Shown: piece by piece, positions 39,201-49,128 of the stretch | How positions within the stretch are numbered: the stretch's first letter is position 1 | Layout of the letters: each line of letters opens with the position of its first letter | IMG/VR virus record: IMGVR_UViG_3300044712_001937 | Span: 1 to 64,000 of that record | DNA length: 64,000 nt | Direction: 5' to 3' (one strand) | Made by a program: the position numbers and the translations under genes | Notes under the pieces: generated by a model | Told to the model about the DNA's origin: nothing | The model's database searches: none | Seen by the model: the letters and a program-made list of their open reading frames with translations, nothing else

Positions 39201-39474
39201 ATTGTTTACCTAAAAAAACCAAACCCATTGAACTTAATGGTGAAGGATTATTAATCATTCTTCCTACAACAGTATTTTCCAAATTAAAAGATTTAAAAGG
39301 TGTTACTATACCAATTAATTTATTAACTGTACTTACTGCACTTTCTTCATTAATTTCATATTCACTATTTGGAGTATATAAATTTCGTGAAGTTAATCTA
39401 TCTCTTAATTGAGATGTTGAAGTTAACAATCTCGAAGTAGTTACACCATTAGTTAGAGTATTATCTGTTGCCAT
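36220..39474 (-). CDS. Large baseplate / tube-initiator-like protein with internal OmpA-like segment
   Basis: FPPYNIKFNE...GRNEPMYNY and PICILRLGDF...ITIDYD tube-like segments; INGGAS...YNYELSQRR OmpA-like motif; lies between the tape measure and LysM genes. Confidence 0.55.
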   Translation of the reverse strand: MATDNTLTNGVTTSRLLTSTSQLRDRLTSRNLYTPNSEYEINEESAVSTVNKLIGIVTPFKSFNLENTVVGRMINNPSPLSSMGLVFLGKQFAYNITSNLQQQLPSINIGNLLDKDDSTNLFTPFTDYRITRKNEVTTFENFINQIVYTTNKNDYPFNSESTNYSYVANTGKAQLSLLANQLNNNLYINGANENLLETYADKKKIKNRDGNIYKHVYYNFDNSYFHPYDDIIIDKNSYPFITVANDEMKLSYTRKQSDNDDNIGEYAPSNEYVYNNLGSSYKNTVNNSDLFKWSSEHANQEFKFDYDTDKLIWGRDGVNKHVDGTLDDLRALTDTSKNSAQINNSLDSSFNIRAGLLEFTKNLVTATNGHKVDITRKAFKNSGENIEGYNGSPLWKSNESKYAKGNGFSDGSEIGHNSSIGIRQHSILDSYGKNFTKAIRFNGNNLYNGNPNSVINSTILPRIHPTETPKDDKNLNVPNNKNLMFTIENLAIKTISNGDSGIIDDENGSPIPLEEVGQFGGRVMWFPPYNIKFNETSNAKFESTVMVGRNEPMYNYQNSERGATLSFTLLMDYPENLNQYNKDNEAHKKSAEFFAFGGDALPEYNIEKLKTRRNEIEIELGNIFKNNKPNIQSIPNVSDKVLYFFFPNDYPTKSDMGNLTGLADELYLKYNYEIDEYCMNSMSLSNGLNKDVFVVKGLKQANPTLRYLDKTALPIGFTQFFNKEIDGDFGHKCTLNQMLSDAFKNNEDNKNYYKIVINGGASYLNHEKKGYNYELSQRRITFFTALVYARLKEICGDWTTEIEVEQNPLGDEASTPLSRTESSQEDVMYSTSVKMERYASFKIVPNGKSMPMDETKLNPKDFELWNKLKLELDDINAKIKLAQNKILYSERKIDDEASLNIGKAVKNHYFSPVFHSQTPEDFHKRLTFLQQCTRQGAAVRYYTKPDENNTSSNVVTAKNSVFGRQPICILRLGDFQFTKVIIENITIDYDEGIWDTNPEGFGVQPMIANITLNMKLLGGQSLSGPVDALQNAVSFNYYANSSFTKSGLYSLPSDVADKQLSYINNVVTTSRNKLIEDYNNKNKK

Positions 39475-39917
39475 TAATATTTTTTTCTATAAATACTTGG
39501 AGATTAATTTTGAATATACTACTTTTACATTGGTTAAAACTGTATTAACATTCCGGACGTTAATCATACATATTATTATCCTTTTTTATAGTTGGATTTA
39601 GATAAATTTAAATTTTAAAGATAATTTAAATATAAAACTAAGATATATATATAATGAATATATTGAAAATATATGAATATAGTAAGCCTATAATGTCGAA
39701 GTTTTTATTAAATTCGAAGAAGTTAAAAACAAACTGTAGTAATCTTTGTTCTTTTGTTCTCTGGAACAAGAGAAAGAGTTTATTGGTTGTTCTGATGAAC
39801 AAGCAGAAAACTTGTCAAAGTTACAAATTTTTTTTGAGATTATTACTATATTTTTATATATAATGAAAAATAATTTGAAAATATAAAAAAATTTTTGTGT
39901 TTATATAAAACATATTT

Positions 39918-40622
39918 ATGATTAATAAAAAAATTTGTAGTAAATGTAAAATTGAAAAATATTTAGATGATTTTTATAAACAAAAAGATGGATATCTTGG
40001 AAGAAGAGCTGATTGTAAAGAATGTTCCAAAACAAAAATTAAAGAATGGCATAATAAAAATCCTAAATATTGTGAAAATTATTTATTGTTACATCCTGAA
40101 AAAAGAAAAATATATTCTAAAAAATATTATAATAATAATAAATATAAATGTTTAAAATATAGAAAAGAATATTATACAAATAATACACTTAAATTAAATA
40201 ATTATTCTAAAAATTATTATAAATTAAATAAAAATAATTGTTTATTACAAAGTAAAATATGGAGAAATAATAATCGTGATAAATGTAGAGAATATGCAAA
40301 AAATAGATATAATAAAAGTATTGAATTAGCAGCAATTAAATGGATGAGAAACTTTTTATATAGAACAGAAAAACAAGGTTTTAAATTAAATAAAATAAAT
40401 GTTGTTTTAGAATTTGGATATTCTCCAAAACAATTAATTCAAAGAATTGAATGCCAATTCAAAGATGGAATGTCATGGGAAAATAGAAATAAATGGCATA
40501 TTGACCATAAAAAACCTATATCTAAATTTAGTATAAATACTTCAATGAAAACTATTAATATGTTAAGTAATTTACAACCAATTTGGAAAACTGATAATTT
40601 ATCAAAAGGTAATAAATTTTAG
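39918..40622 (+). mobile_element. HNH-type homing endonuclease, antisense to the tail operon
   Basis: N-terminal CSKC/CKEC; WHIDHKKP...NLQPIW..DNLSKGNK. Confidence 0.75.
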
Positions 40623-40626
40623 ATAA

Positions 40627-43161
40627 TTATCCACGTCCATTTGTTTGTCCTTTAGCAACTTCATTATCTTTTGTTCTTGCTAAATCAGTTTTATAAACTT
40701 TTTCCATAAATTTTTGACCATCTATATTTAAAGTAATATTATCTACTACTTGAATTCCTTTAGATGCAAATTCAACTTTTAATGGATTTTTTAATAAATT
40801 AGCAAATTCACTGAAAAATCCAGATTTACTTACACTAAGTCTATTTATATCAGCTAAAACTGCAGATATTTCTTCTAAATCATCTTTACTACCTCTTAAT
40901 GTAGTAACAGCAGTATTGATTTTATCAAAAGAATCTCCAACATTACTCATTGCTGTAAAAGCTAATCCAACTTCTTTCATTGCTGGTGCTGTTTTAGCTA
41001 TTTTATTCATAGTTGCAGCAAATACTACAAAACCTAAAGCACCTACTGTAAATAATCCCATTGAAGCTGCAATTGCTGCAATTCCCACTCCAACATTTAT
41101 CATATCTTTACCAGCACCTTTAGCGTTTTTTACTAAATTACCTAAACCATCAGCCATATTTCCAATTCCTGTTGCAGCTAAAAATACAGCACCACCTATC
41201 ATTAACATTGTTGCACCTAAAGCTAATAATCCTCCTGATGCAATTGTAGCGGTAGCACCTACTGCAGCAATACCTATAGCTGCAAGTGGAAATGTTATAG
41301 CTAAAGTCATAGCTATACTTTGTAAAGCTTTAGCTTGTTCAGGTGATAATTTAGACATTGAATCAGCAAGTTTACTAATTCCTACTGCTGCAACTGCAAC
41401 ACCTGCACCAATTCCTACTGCTGCAGTACCTACTCCAAGTCCTTTTCCAAGAGATTTACCAAAACCACCTTTTCCACCACTGCCACCGCCAGCTTCACTT
41501 CCTATTGCACCACCACCTTCGCCACTACTTCTACTAAAAGCACCTGCAATTTTACCTGCAACACCGCTTAATCCACTTATAAGAGTTTTACCAAGTCCAA
41601 ATGCTTTAATTAATAGAAAACCAACTGCCATTCCACCGCCAACCCATTTTAATAGTGTTTGACCTATACCACTACCTGCTAACCATGCAACAGCATTTCC
41701 AAGTTTCTCAGCAAAAGGTCTAACAGCTTTTAAAACAGCATCAACTCCTTTTAACATTGGTAATAATGCTGCTTTTAATTCATTAATAGTATTTTTAAAT
41801 GCTTCATCAAATGTTTGAGCTTGTTTAGCACGTTCTTCAAGACTTTTTCTTTCTTTAACAAATGATTGTGCTTGTGCAGTAGTTAAAGTTGTAACATCAC
41901 GCATTTGACCAGCAACCATAGCTTCAAACTTCCCGGTTTTACTATTAAATGTTGCAGCACCTTGAATTAATTCTTTATCTGCTTTAGATATACCCATTCC
42001 GGTCATTTGTTGTGCCATTTTATCCATTTCAGCACGTTTAAGTGTCATTTCAGTCATTTGCTCAACACTCATACCTAATGATTTAGCTACTGAAGCTAAT
42101 CTATCTCTATCTGCTGGACTTATAAATTTTTCAAATACACCTTCACTATTTTTTCTGAATGTAACCATTCCTCTGGTCATTTCAGATATTTTTTCAGTAA
42201 ATTTTTCAGGGTCATTACGAGATAAAAATAACATTTCAAATGGGTCTGTTTTTGCAAATTCACCACCCATAACTTGAAGATTAGCAGCTAAATCAATTGC
42301 TCCTTCTAAAGTTCTTGATATATCAGCAGCATTTAATGCAGCATTCATATCTACTTTAAATTTTTCAGAATATTGCACCATTCGTGCCATTGATTTTACA
42401 CCACCCTGAAATGTATATGTTTGTAATTTTTTAAAATTATCACTAAGAGATTTTAGTATTTTATTACTATTAACACCCATTCTTTCTGAAGTATCTACAA
42501 CACCTTGAACATATTCCATAGTTGTTTTGGTGTTCATACCCATATTTTCAAATACTCCTGCAAGTCTTGTAGCTTGTTCAACTCCAAGTCCAGTTCCTTT
42601 ACCTATTAAAGTTACATCTTTTACCATATCTGCAGATAAAACACGTGCTCTACCAGTTTCATCTGCATATCCTTGCATTATATTTTGTACATCTTCGAGA
42701 GTACCACCTAATCTTGCAACTTGTCCTGCACTTTGCTCAAATGATGTTCGCATCATTTCAGCTTTCGTTCCGGATAATCCTAAATTAAGAATAGTATTAC
42801 GAATTATTTTATCATTTTGATTTAAATATTGCCATAAACCTTTAGCTAAACTATTAATATCACCTCTTAATTTTTTTTGAGTTTCTAATTGTTTATTAAC
42901 CTTTTTTTCATTATCAATTTCTTTTTGTTGTAAATCAATTAAATCATTTAATTTTTGTTTTTCTTCATCTTCCAAATTAATTAAATCATTTATTAATTGA
43001 TTAATAACTCTTTGTCTTTCAGCTCTTAATTCAGCATTATATATATTAATTTTTTCAACATCATTAACTGCGTTAAGATTTTTAATTTGTTCACTAATTG
43101 ATTCGTTTAATTTATCGTAATCAGAAATTAATTGTTGACTTGTTTTTTTAGGGTCTGCCAT
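40627..43161 (-). CDS. Tail tape measure protein
   Basis: 844 aa; coiled-coil N-terminus, Ala/Gly-rich hydrophobic C-terminal repeats; lies downstream of chaperone-like genes. Confidence 0.8.
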   Translation of the reverse strand: MADPKKTSQQLISDYDKLNESISEQIKNLNAVNDVEKINIYNAELRAERQRVINQLINDLINLEDEEKQKLNDLIDLQQKEIDNEKKVNKQLETQKKLRGDINSLAKGLWQYLNQNDKIIRNTILNLGLSGTKAEMMRTSFEQSAGQVARLGGTLEDVQNIMQGYADETGRARVLSADMVKDVTLIGKGTGLGVEQATRLAGVFENMGMNTKTTMEYVQGVVDTSERMGVNSNKILKSLSDNFKKLQTYTFQGGVKSMARMVQYSEKFKVDMNAALNAADISRTLEGAIDLAANLQVMGGEFAKTDPFEMLFLSRNDPEKFTEKISEMTRGMVTFRKNSEGVFEKFISPADRDRLASVAKSLGMSVEQMTEMTLKRAEMDKMAQQMTGMGISKADKELIQGAATFNSKTGKFEAMVAGQMRDVTTLTTAQAQSFVKERKSLEERAKQAQTFDEAFKNTINELKAALLPMLKGVDAVLKAVRPFAEKLGNAVAWLAGSGIGQTLLKWVGGGMAVGFLLIKAFGLGKTLISGLSGVAGKIAGAFSRSSGEGGGAIGSEAGGGSGGKGGFGKSLGKGLGVGTAAVGIGAGVAVAAVGISKLADSMSKLSPEQAKALQSIAMTLAITFPLAAIGIAAVGATATIASGGLLALGATMLMIGGAVFLAATGIGNMADGLGNLVKNAKGAGKDMINVGVGIAAIAASMGLFTVGALGFVVFAATMNKIAKTAPAMKEVGLAFTAMSNVGDSFDKINTAVTTLRGSKDDLEEISAVLADINRLSVSKSGFFSEFANLLKNPLKVEFASKGIQVVDNITLNIDGQKFMEKVYKTDLARTKDNEVAKGQTNGRG

Positions 43162-43205
43162 ATTTAAGTATATTATCTAATATAAATACAAAAGACCAAG
43201 ATTTT

Positions 43206-43382
43206 TTACTTTCTTGGTCTATATGATTTATTTTTTGCTTGGTCTTGTAATCTTTCTATTTCTTCGTTTTCTTTTTGTAATAAATGAAGAAAATGTCGTC
43301 TTCGATAAATTGGAATATTTTCAATATAATCAGCTTGAAATTTAGCATGTTTGGTTAATATAAATATTTCTTCATTAACCAT
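43206..43382 (-). CDS. Tail assembly chaperone C-terminal part (58 aa; probably reached by a -1 frameshift)
   Basis: MVNEEIFILTKH...IPIYRRRHFLHLL; its frame is open back to the T9 run at 43413-43421. Confidence 0.65.
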   Translation of the reverse strand: MVNEEIFILTKHAKFQADYIENIPIYRRRHFLHLLQKENEEIERLQDQAKNKSYRPRK

Positions 43383-43399
43383 TTTTTTATATTCCCCTG

Positions 43400-44344
43400 C
43401 TAAACGCTGGGGAAAAAAAAATCCAGTCCAAGTGATAAATTAGCGTCAAAACTAAAATTATCTTTAGTTATAAATTGATATTTCATATCAATATCTGGTG
43501 AAACTTGTTGAATTTTTTTACGAATTGTATATGCATCTAATGCTGGCATTGCATCTACAAATTTATCAATATATGTTCTATCTGTATTTTCATCAATAGA
43601 TACTATATGAGATTTTAATTTAAGTGTAGAATATTGACTAAATTCTTCATTATATGCTTCTTGAATTGCTTTTGCTTTTTTTTCTAATAATTTATTTTCA
43701 CCAATGTTTAAAAGACGAAATAAAACAGTTTTTTTACGCATAGGTATATCTACTGTAAAATACCCATTTTCATCCGGTAATTCTGTTAATTCTTTATATT
43801 GTAATTTAGATAAATCAACTACTGATTTAAATTCAGTATTATTTCTTGGGTCTGTTACTGTAACATTATAATCAACACCATAACTTGAAGTACGAAGAAA
43901 TAATATAATTGCACTTCTGTCTCCTTCTAATAATTCTTCAACATTAACATTTGGAGTTTTAATTTTTCTTTTTAATAATACATCTATAACTGTACCATTT
44001 TCAATTAAAGAAGCGGTTGTAAGTAAATCTTCATCTTTTGAAGTCATATATTCAACATTTACCTCAGATAAACCATTTTTATAAAATAAACCTTTAGATG
44101 GTAATGGAACTATTTCATAAGAAGTCATTAAATCCGGGTCAGTTTCTTTTGACATATTTTTTTCAAACGAAACTTGATTAAATGATGTGGGTTTAGGTAA
44201 TGAATTAGGAGTTACAATAGGATTTCCAGTATTAGCTATTGGATTTTGTATTGCAACATTATCATCTAAACCATGTTGTATTTTATATTTTTTTAAAGAT
44301 TCTGTAATACTTTCTCTTTTTGGAGCAATTTCTTCGTTATTCAT
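43400..44344 (-). CDS. Tail assembly chaperone / baseplate-hub-assembly-like protein
   Basis: LPSKGLFY, MTSKDEDLL, GDRSAI...LRTSSYG; ends LDFFFPSV at a slippery site. Confidence 0.65.
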   Translation of the reverse strand: MNNEEIAPKRESITESLKKYKIQHGLDDNVAIQNPIANTGNPIVTPNSLPKPTSFNQVSFEKNMSKETDPDLMTSYEIVPLPSKGLFYKNGLSEVNVEYMTSKDEDLLTTASLIENGTVIDVLLKRKIKTPNVNVEELLEGDRSAIILFLRTSSYGVDYNVTVTDPRNNTEFKSVVDLSKLQYKELTELPDENGYFTVDIPMRKKTVLFRLLNIGENKLLEKKAKAIQEAYNEEFSQYSTLKLKSHIVSIDENTDRTYIDKFVDAMPALDAYTIRKKIQQVSPDIDMKYQFITKDNFSFDANLSLGLDFFFPSV

Positions 44345-44501
44345 AAATTATAAATTTTTATATTTTATTATTGTTTTTGATAAATACTCTAAATTTTATT
44401 TTATACTATTCAAGATAAAAATAATTTATGCGTAATAATATATGTTGCTAAAAACATTAAACATATAAATTATTATTTGAAGTAAATTATTAAATTAATA
44501 T

Positions 44502-45332
44502 ATGAGTAAAAATAAATTTAAAGACGAAGAAGATTTTAAGGAGATAATGACTGTTGATAATACTTCAGAAATACAAAAAATTAAACAAGATATTGCAGGT
44601 GTTTTAAAAAATGATATAAAAATAGTTGCAAAAAATGATAGTCAAAAAAAATTAATAAACTCTATAAAAAATAATGAAATAACAATATCTGCAGGTCGTG
44701 CTGGATGTGGTAAAACTTATGTAGCTGTTGCATATGCTTTAAGTCTTTTAAGAAAAACTTCAAATAGATTTAAGAAAATATATCTGGTTAAATCAGTTAC
44801 GCCAATAAAAGGAGAAGAACTTGGATTTATTAAAGGTGATTGGAAAGAAAAAGTTGAACCATTCATGTGGAGTTATTATATTAATATGGAAAAATTAATA
44901 TTAGAATCTACATTAAAATATTTGATTGATAAAGATTATATTAAACCATTTCCTTTAGCATATATGAGAGGGGCAAGTCTCGATGATTGTATTATAATTG
45001 CTGATGAAATGCAAAATGTTTCATTAGGTAATGCAAGAACTTTATTAACTCGAATTGGAAGTAATTGTAAATTAATTCTTTTAGGTGATTTTAATCAAAT
45101 TGATATTAAAGAAACTCATTTAAGCTCACTTAAAACTTTAATTGAAAATTTCAAAGATATTAATAATATTGGTGTTATTGAAATGAATAATTCTGATACT
45201 AATATTAGAAATCCGTTAATTGATATAATTGAATCTAAATTTAATGAAATTGATGAAAAAAATAAAAATAAAAAAAATAGAAAGATATCATCATTACCTG
45301 TTGATGAAATTAAAATTGATAATGTAGTATAA
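44502..45332 (+). CDS. phoH: PhoH-like ATPase
   Basis: GRAGCGKT, LGFIKGD, YMRGASL, ADEMQN, GDFNQID. Confidence 0.92.
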   Translation: MSKNKFKDEEDFKEIMTVDNTSEIQKIKQDIAGVLKNDIKIVAKNDSQKKLINSIKNNEITISAGRAGCGKTYVAVAYALSLLRKTSNRFKKIYLVKSVTPIKGEELGFIKGDWKEKVEPFMWSYYINMEKLILESTLKYLIDKDYIKPFPLAYMRGASLDDCIIIADEMQNVSLGNARTLLTRIGSNCKLILLGDFNQIDIKETHLSSLKTLIENFKDINNIGVIEMNNSDTNIRNPLIDIIESKFNEIDEKNKNKKNRKISSLPVDEIKIDNVV

Positions 45333-45333
45333 T

Positions 45334-45618
45334 ATGGAAACAAAAATATTAGTAATTTATATTGGTATTGCCGGAATACGTTCTGAAGATATTGAAAAAT
45401 TTGTACGAAAAGTAACAAATAAAATATCACCAACTACTTTACAATGTGAAATTATAACAATACCTGTTCAAGATGTTAATACAAGAATTGAATGTATAAA
45501 TCCAAAATATATTACAGATGAATCATTAATTAATGAACATACTGAAATAATGAAAAAATTACAAGAAGAACTTAATTGTCAATTAGAAATATTAAAAAAA
45601 GATAATAAAAATGAATAA
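45334..45618 (+). CDS. Hypothetical protein
   Basis: 94 aa ORF in operon. Confidence 0.55.
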   Translation: METKILVIYIGIAGIRSEDIEKFVRKVTNKISPTTLQCEIITIPVQDVNTRIECINPKYITDESLINEHTEIMKKLQEELNCQLEILKKDNKNE

Positions 45619-46351
45619 ATTGAGAATAGGTATTGAAATTGATGAAATTTTAAGAGCAAAATGGCTTCAATTTGACCGATATTATGTACAAGAATTTGGA
45701 GAAGAAGGTGTTCCTGAAAATCAACCATATTGTTTTGATTTCTTTAAAAATTATAAATGGCATGATACTGAAGAAATTAGTAAAGAATTAAAAGAACCTG
45801 AAGATATGCCTGAAGATATCAATCCCATATATTATCAAACTGATGATAATGGAAATGCTGTTGCAGATTCTTTTTTATTTAAAAAAAGTGAAACAACTAT
45901 ATTACCAGCAAAAGATGTTTATAATCGTTTTATGAATAAGGATTATAGATTTGAAATATATGCTAATGCTCCAATAATGTATAAACAAATGGATTTACAT
46001 ATTAGTGAATTTTTATTTAAATATAAAGATTATGCTGATTTCACTGCATTCTCAGTTGAAAATACAATTTGTATATCATCAACATTATTTTTTTTAAGTA
46101 GAATGAGTAGTAAATTCAGAAATTATAAATTTATTGATAAAGCTACTGATATTTGGAAAGATATTGATATTGTTATTACCACAAATCCTGAATTATTAGA
46201 ATTAGGTGCACCTTGGGGTAAAAAAATAATTAAAGTAGTTAGACCTTATAATGAACAATATAATGTTGGTTCTATGGATGTTTTACAAATTAAAGAATTA
46301 ACTGATAATAAAAATTTTGAAAAAATAATAAAATTTAAAAACAATAAATAA
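45611..46351 (+). CDS. HAD-like (5'-nucleotidase-like) protein with degenerate motif I
   Basis: IGIEIDEILR N-terminus; VRPYNE near the C-terminus. Confidence 0.45.
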   Translation: MNKLRIGIEIDEILRAKWLQFDRYYVQEFGEEGVPENQPYCFDFFKNYKWHDTEEISKELKEPEDMPEDINPIYYQTDDNGNAVADSFLFKKSETTILPAKDVYNRFMNKDYRFEIYANAPIMYKQMDLHISEFLFKYKDYADFTAFSVENTICISSTLFFLSRMSSKFRNYKFIDKATDIWKDIDIVITTNPELLELGAPWGKKIIKVVRPYNEQYNVGSMDVLQIKELTDNKNFEKIIKFKNNK

Positions 46352-46352
46352 A

Positions 46353-47501
46353 ATGAGTGAAGAATTATTAAATGTCGAATCAAATAATCTTGAAGCTGAA
46401 AAAATTGCAAAAATTACTGCTTCATTAAAAAATATTAATGATAAGAAATCTAAATTTTTATTTTGTGTACCTGAATCACAATCTCCCGCTGCTTCAATTT
46501 ATGAAATATATTTTCATGCTTCAGTAGTAAAAAGTTTAGGTTATAAAGTTATTATGATGGTAGAAAAGGGTGATTATGTTATACCTAATTGGATTGAAAA
46601 AGAATTAACTAATTTAGAGCATATGCCAATGTCAGACCCTAAATTAACTGTAGGTCCTGAAGACGTGATGATAATTCCTGAAATTTATTCTAATGTAATG
46701 GAACAAACTAAAAATTTACCATGTTTACGTATTGGTTTATTACAATCAGTTGATTATATGATTAATGGTTTAATTCCCGGTACAGATTGGAAATCATTTG
46801 GAATAAACAATATAATCACAACATCTGAAAGTCTTAAAGAATTGATAGAAGTATTTTATGGTAAAGAAAAATTTAACATAAAAACATATAAAATAGGTAT
46901 TCCAGATTATTTTGAAAAATCTAAATTACCACAAAAACCAATATTTTCAATTGTAGGACGTAACCCTAATGAAATTTCTAAGTTTGTTAAGTTATTTTTT
47001 AGTAAATATCCTCAATATAATTGGGTAACATTTGACCCAATGTTAACTAAAAGTAAGCCTCCTCAACAAATGAGACGTGTTGATTTTGCAAAAAGATTAC
47101 AAGGAAATTTTGCAGCTATTTGGATTGATAGAATATCAAGTTTTGGAACATTTCCTCTTGAATGTATGAAAACTGGTACAATACCTGTTGGTTTAAAACC
47201 TGATATTATGCCTGATTTTATGATTGAACGAAATGAAAATGGTGATGCTGTTAAAGTTGCTGAAGGTGGTGGTCTTTGGACTGATAATTATTACGATTTA
47301 CCTGTTTTAGCTGGTGAAGTATTAGTTAAATTTTTAGATGATGCAATAAAACCTGAATTATATGAATCTATGGATAGAATATCGTCTAAATATACTCAAG
47401 AAAATTCAGAATTTGAATTAATTCAAATATATGAAAGTTTAATTGATGAAAGAATTAAGTTTTTTCAAACAGCTTTAAATGAAAATGTAAAACAAAAATA
47501 A
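46353..47501 (+). CDS. GT-B (GT4-like) glycosyltransferase
   Basis: IIPEIY, SSFGTFPLECMKTG. Confidence 0.65.
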   Translation: MSEELLNVESNNLEAEKIAKITASLKNINDKKSKFLFCVPESQSPAASIYEIYFHASVVKSLGYKVIMMVEKGDYVIPNWIEKELTNLEHMPMSDPKLTVGPEDVMIIPEIYSNVMEQTKNLPCLRIGLLQSVDYMINGLIPGTDWKSFGINNIITTSESLKELIEVFYGKEKFNIKTYKIGIPDYFEKSKLPQKPIFSIVGRNPNEISKFVKLFFSKYPQYNWVTFDPMLTKSKPPQQMRRVDFAKRLQGNFAAIWIDRISSFGTFPLECMKTGTIPVGLKPDIMPDFMIERNENGDAVKVAEGGGLWTDNYYDLPVLAGEVLVKFLDDAIKPELYESMDRISSKYTQENSEFELIQIYESLIDERIKFFQTALNENVKQK

Positions 47502-47531
47502 ATAAATATAACAATTTTAAAATAAATAATT

Positions 47532-48350
47532 ATGAGTAATATAACTATTATAATACCTATACACGAGTTTAATGATAATGTTTCAAATTATTTAGATAAA
47601 TCAATTGAATCAATTCTTAAACAAGAAAAATGGAGTGAAATCATCAATGTTTGTGCAGTTTTTCCTAAATCGATTGAATTATATGTTGAATCTTATTTTA
47701 ATAAATATGATGTTGATGAAGTAAAAAATAAAATTAATCTTACTTTACTTGAACATGAAAATGATAAAATATATCAATCACAAGTTGATTTAGCAGTTAA
47801 TACTATTAACACTGATTATTTTAGTGTACTTGAATTTGATGATGAATATAGTACAACATTTATGTTTAATGGTGAAAAATATATTCAATCATATCCGGAT
47901 ATTGATGTGTTTTTAACAATGATGATTGAAGTTAATGAAAAAAATGAAGGAATTAAATTAACCAATGAAACTGTATGGGCACAACAATTTGTAGGTGAAA
48001 ATGGTGAAATGGGTTATTTAAATGCTAATGCTTTAAAACAATATACTGATTTTAAATTATCAGGAGCAATTATTAAAAAATCTGAATTTGTTAATCTTGG
48101 TGGATATAAAACTAATATTAAATTAACATTTATGTTAGAATTTTTACTTCGTGCATTGAATAACACATGCAAAATATATACAATACCTAAAATCGGATAT
48201 AAACATTTAGCAACAAGAGAGGGAAGCTTATTTGATAATTATTTGAAAAATATGCCTATGAATGAAAGAAAATTTTGGTTCGATACAGCAATTAAAGAAT
48301 CTAATTTTACTAATGATAGAGTAATTGATATGTCAACTCTTCAAAAATAA
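47532..48350 (+). CDS. GT2-like glycosyltransferase
   Basis: ITIIIPIH, LEFDDEY. Confidence 0.7.
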   Translation: MSNITIIIPIHEFNDNVSNYLDKSIESILKQEKWSEIINVCAVFPKSIELYVESYFNKYDVDEVKNKINLTLLEHENDKIYQSQVDLAVNTINTDYFSVLEFDDEYSTTFMFNGEKYIQSYPDIDVFLTMMIEVNEKNEGIKLTNETVWAQQFVGENGEMGYLNANALKQYTDFKLSGAIIKKSEFVNLGGYKTNIKLTFMLEFLLRALNNTCKIYTIPKIGYKHLATREGSLFDNYLKNMPMNERKFWFDTAIKESNFTNDRVIDMSTLQK

Positions 48351-48375
48351 TCTGTATTGTTGAATAATATAATAA

Positions 48376-49128
48376 ATGAAAGAAAATGAAATTAGTGTAC
48401 CGTATTTTGCTGAAAGGGAGGAACAAGCAGTTATTGATTATATAAATTCTGATTCTGTTGAAGAAAAATCAAGAATTTATAATACAATTCTCATAATTCC
48501 ATTTCGGAAAATGATACAATCCATATTAAGAAGATATCCTATTCATGTTGGAAATTATACTATGGAAGAGGTTGAAGAAAATGCTTTAACTCATTTAATT
48601 GAACATATGATTAAATTTGACCCTGATAAAATTACAAAATCAGGAGTTAAAACTAAAGCATATAGCTATTGTCAAACTATAATTAGAAATTATTATAAAG
48701 ACCATAGTAAAAAAAGTTATACTGAAAAGAAAATTAATTTGTGTTATGATGATTATGCTGAAGACATTAATGAAAGTTCTGAATATGCATATGAAATTGA
48801 AAATGAAAATCAACAAAATCTTGAAAATTTAATTAATGATGTTATTCTAAAAATAGATGATAGAATTACTAATGATACTACAATGAAAAAAAATGAAGTG
48901 ATTGTTGGTGATGCTATTATTAATGTTTTAAAAAATTGGCACATTCTTTTTATGGAAGATAGTCCTGAAGGTAAATATAATAAAAAAATTACAAATAAAT
49001 TCGCAAAAAATAAAATTTTATTGTTTTTGAAAGAACAAACTGAATTATCTACTAAAGAAATTAGAATTGCAATTAAACCTTTCAAGGACATATATTTTCT
49101 GGAAAAAACTGATTATTTTAATGATTAA
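48376..49128 (+). CDS. Phage sigma-factor-like protein
   Basis: Region-2-like segment EENALTHLIEHMIKFDP...KAYSYCQTIIRNY. Confidence 0.55.
   Translation: MKENEISVPYFAEREEQAVIDYINSDSVEEKSRIYNTILIIPFRKMIQSILRRYPIHVGNYTMEEVEENALTHLIEHMIKFDPDKITKSGVKTKAYSYCQTIIRNYYKDHSKKSYTEKKINLCYDDYAEDINESSEYAYEIENENQQNLENLINDVILKIDDRITNDTTMKKNEVIVGDAIINVLKNWHILFMEDSPEGKYNKKITNKFAKNKILLFLKEQTELSTKEIRIAIKPFKDIYFLEKTDYFND

Noticed and set aside
39785-39830. Hammerhead-like CTGATGA...GAAA core on the plus strand
   Set aside because: The segment between CTGATGA and GAAA (ACAAGCA) cannot form stem II, and stem I does not pair at the core junction
39654-39863. 69-aa plus-strand ORF in the divergent intergenic region
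   Set aside because: No recognisable motif or supporting signals; probably spurious
40916-41662. 248-aa antisense ORF inside the tape measure gene (likewise 42527..42820, 51375..51836, 50907..51257, 56451..56723 and other shadow ORFs)
   Set aside because: Shadow frames produced by Ala/Gly/Thr codon bias of the real genes on the opposite strand; no protein motifs
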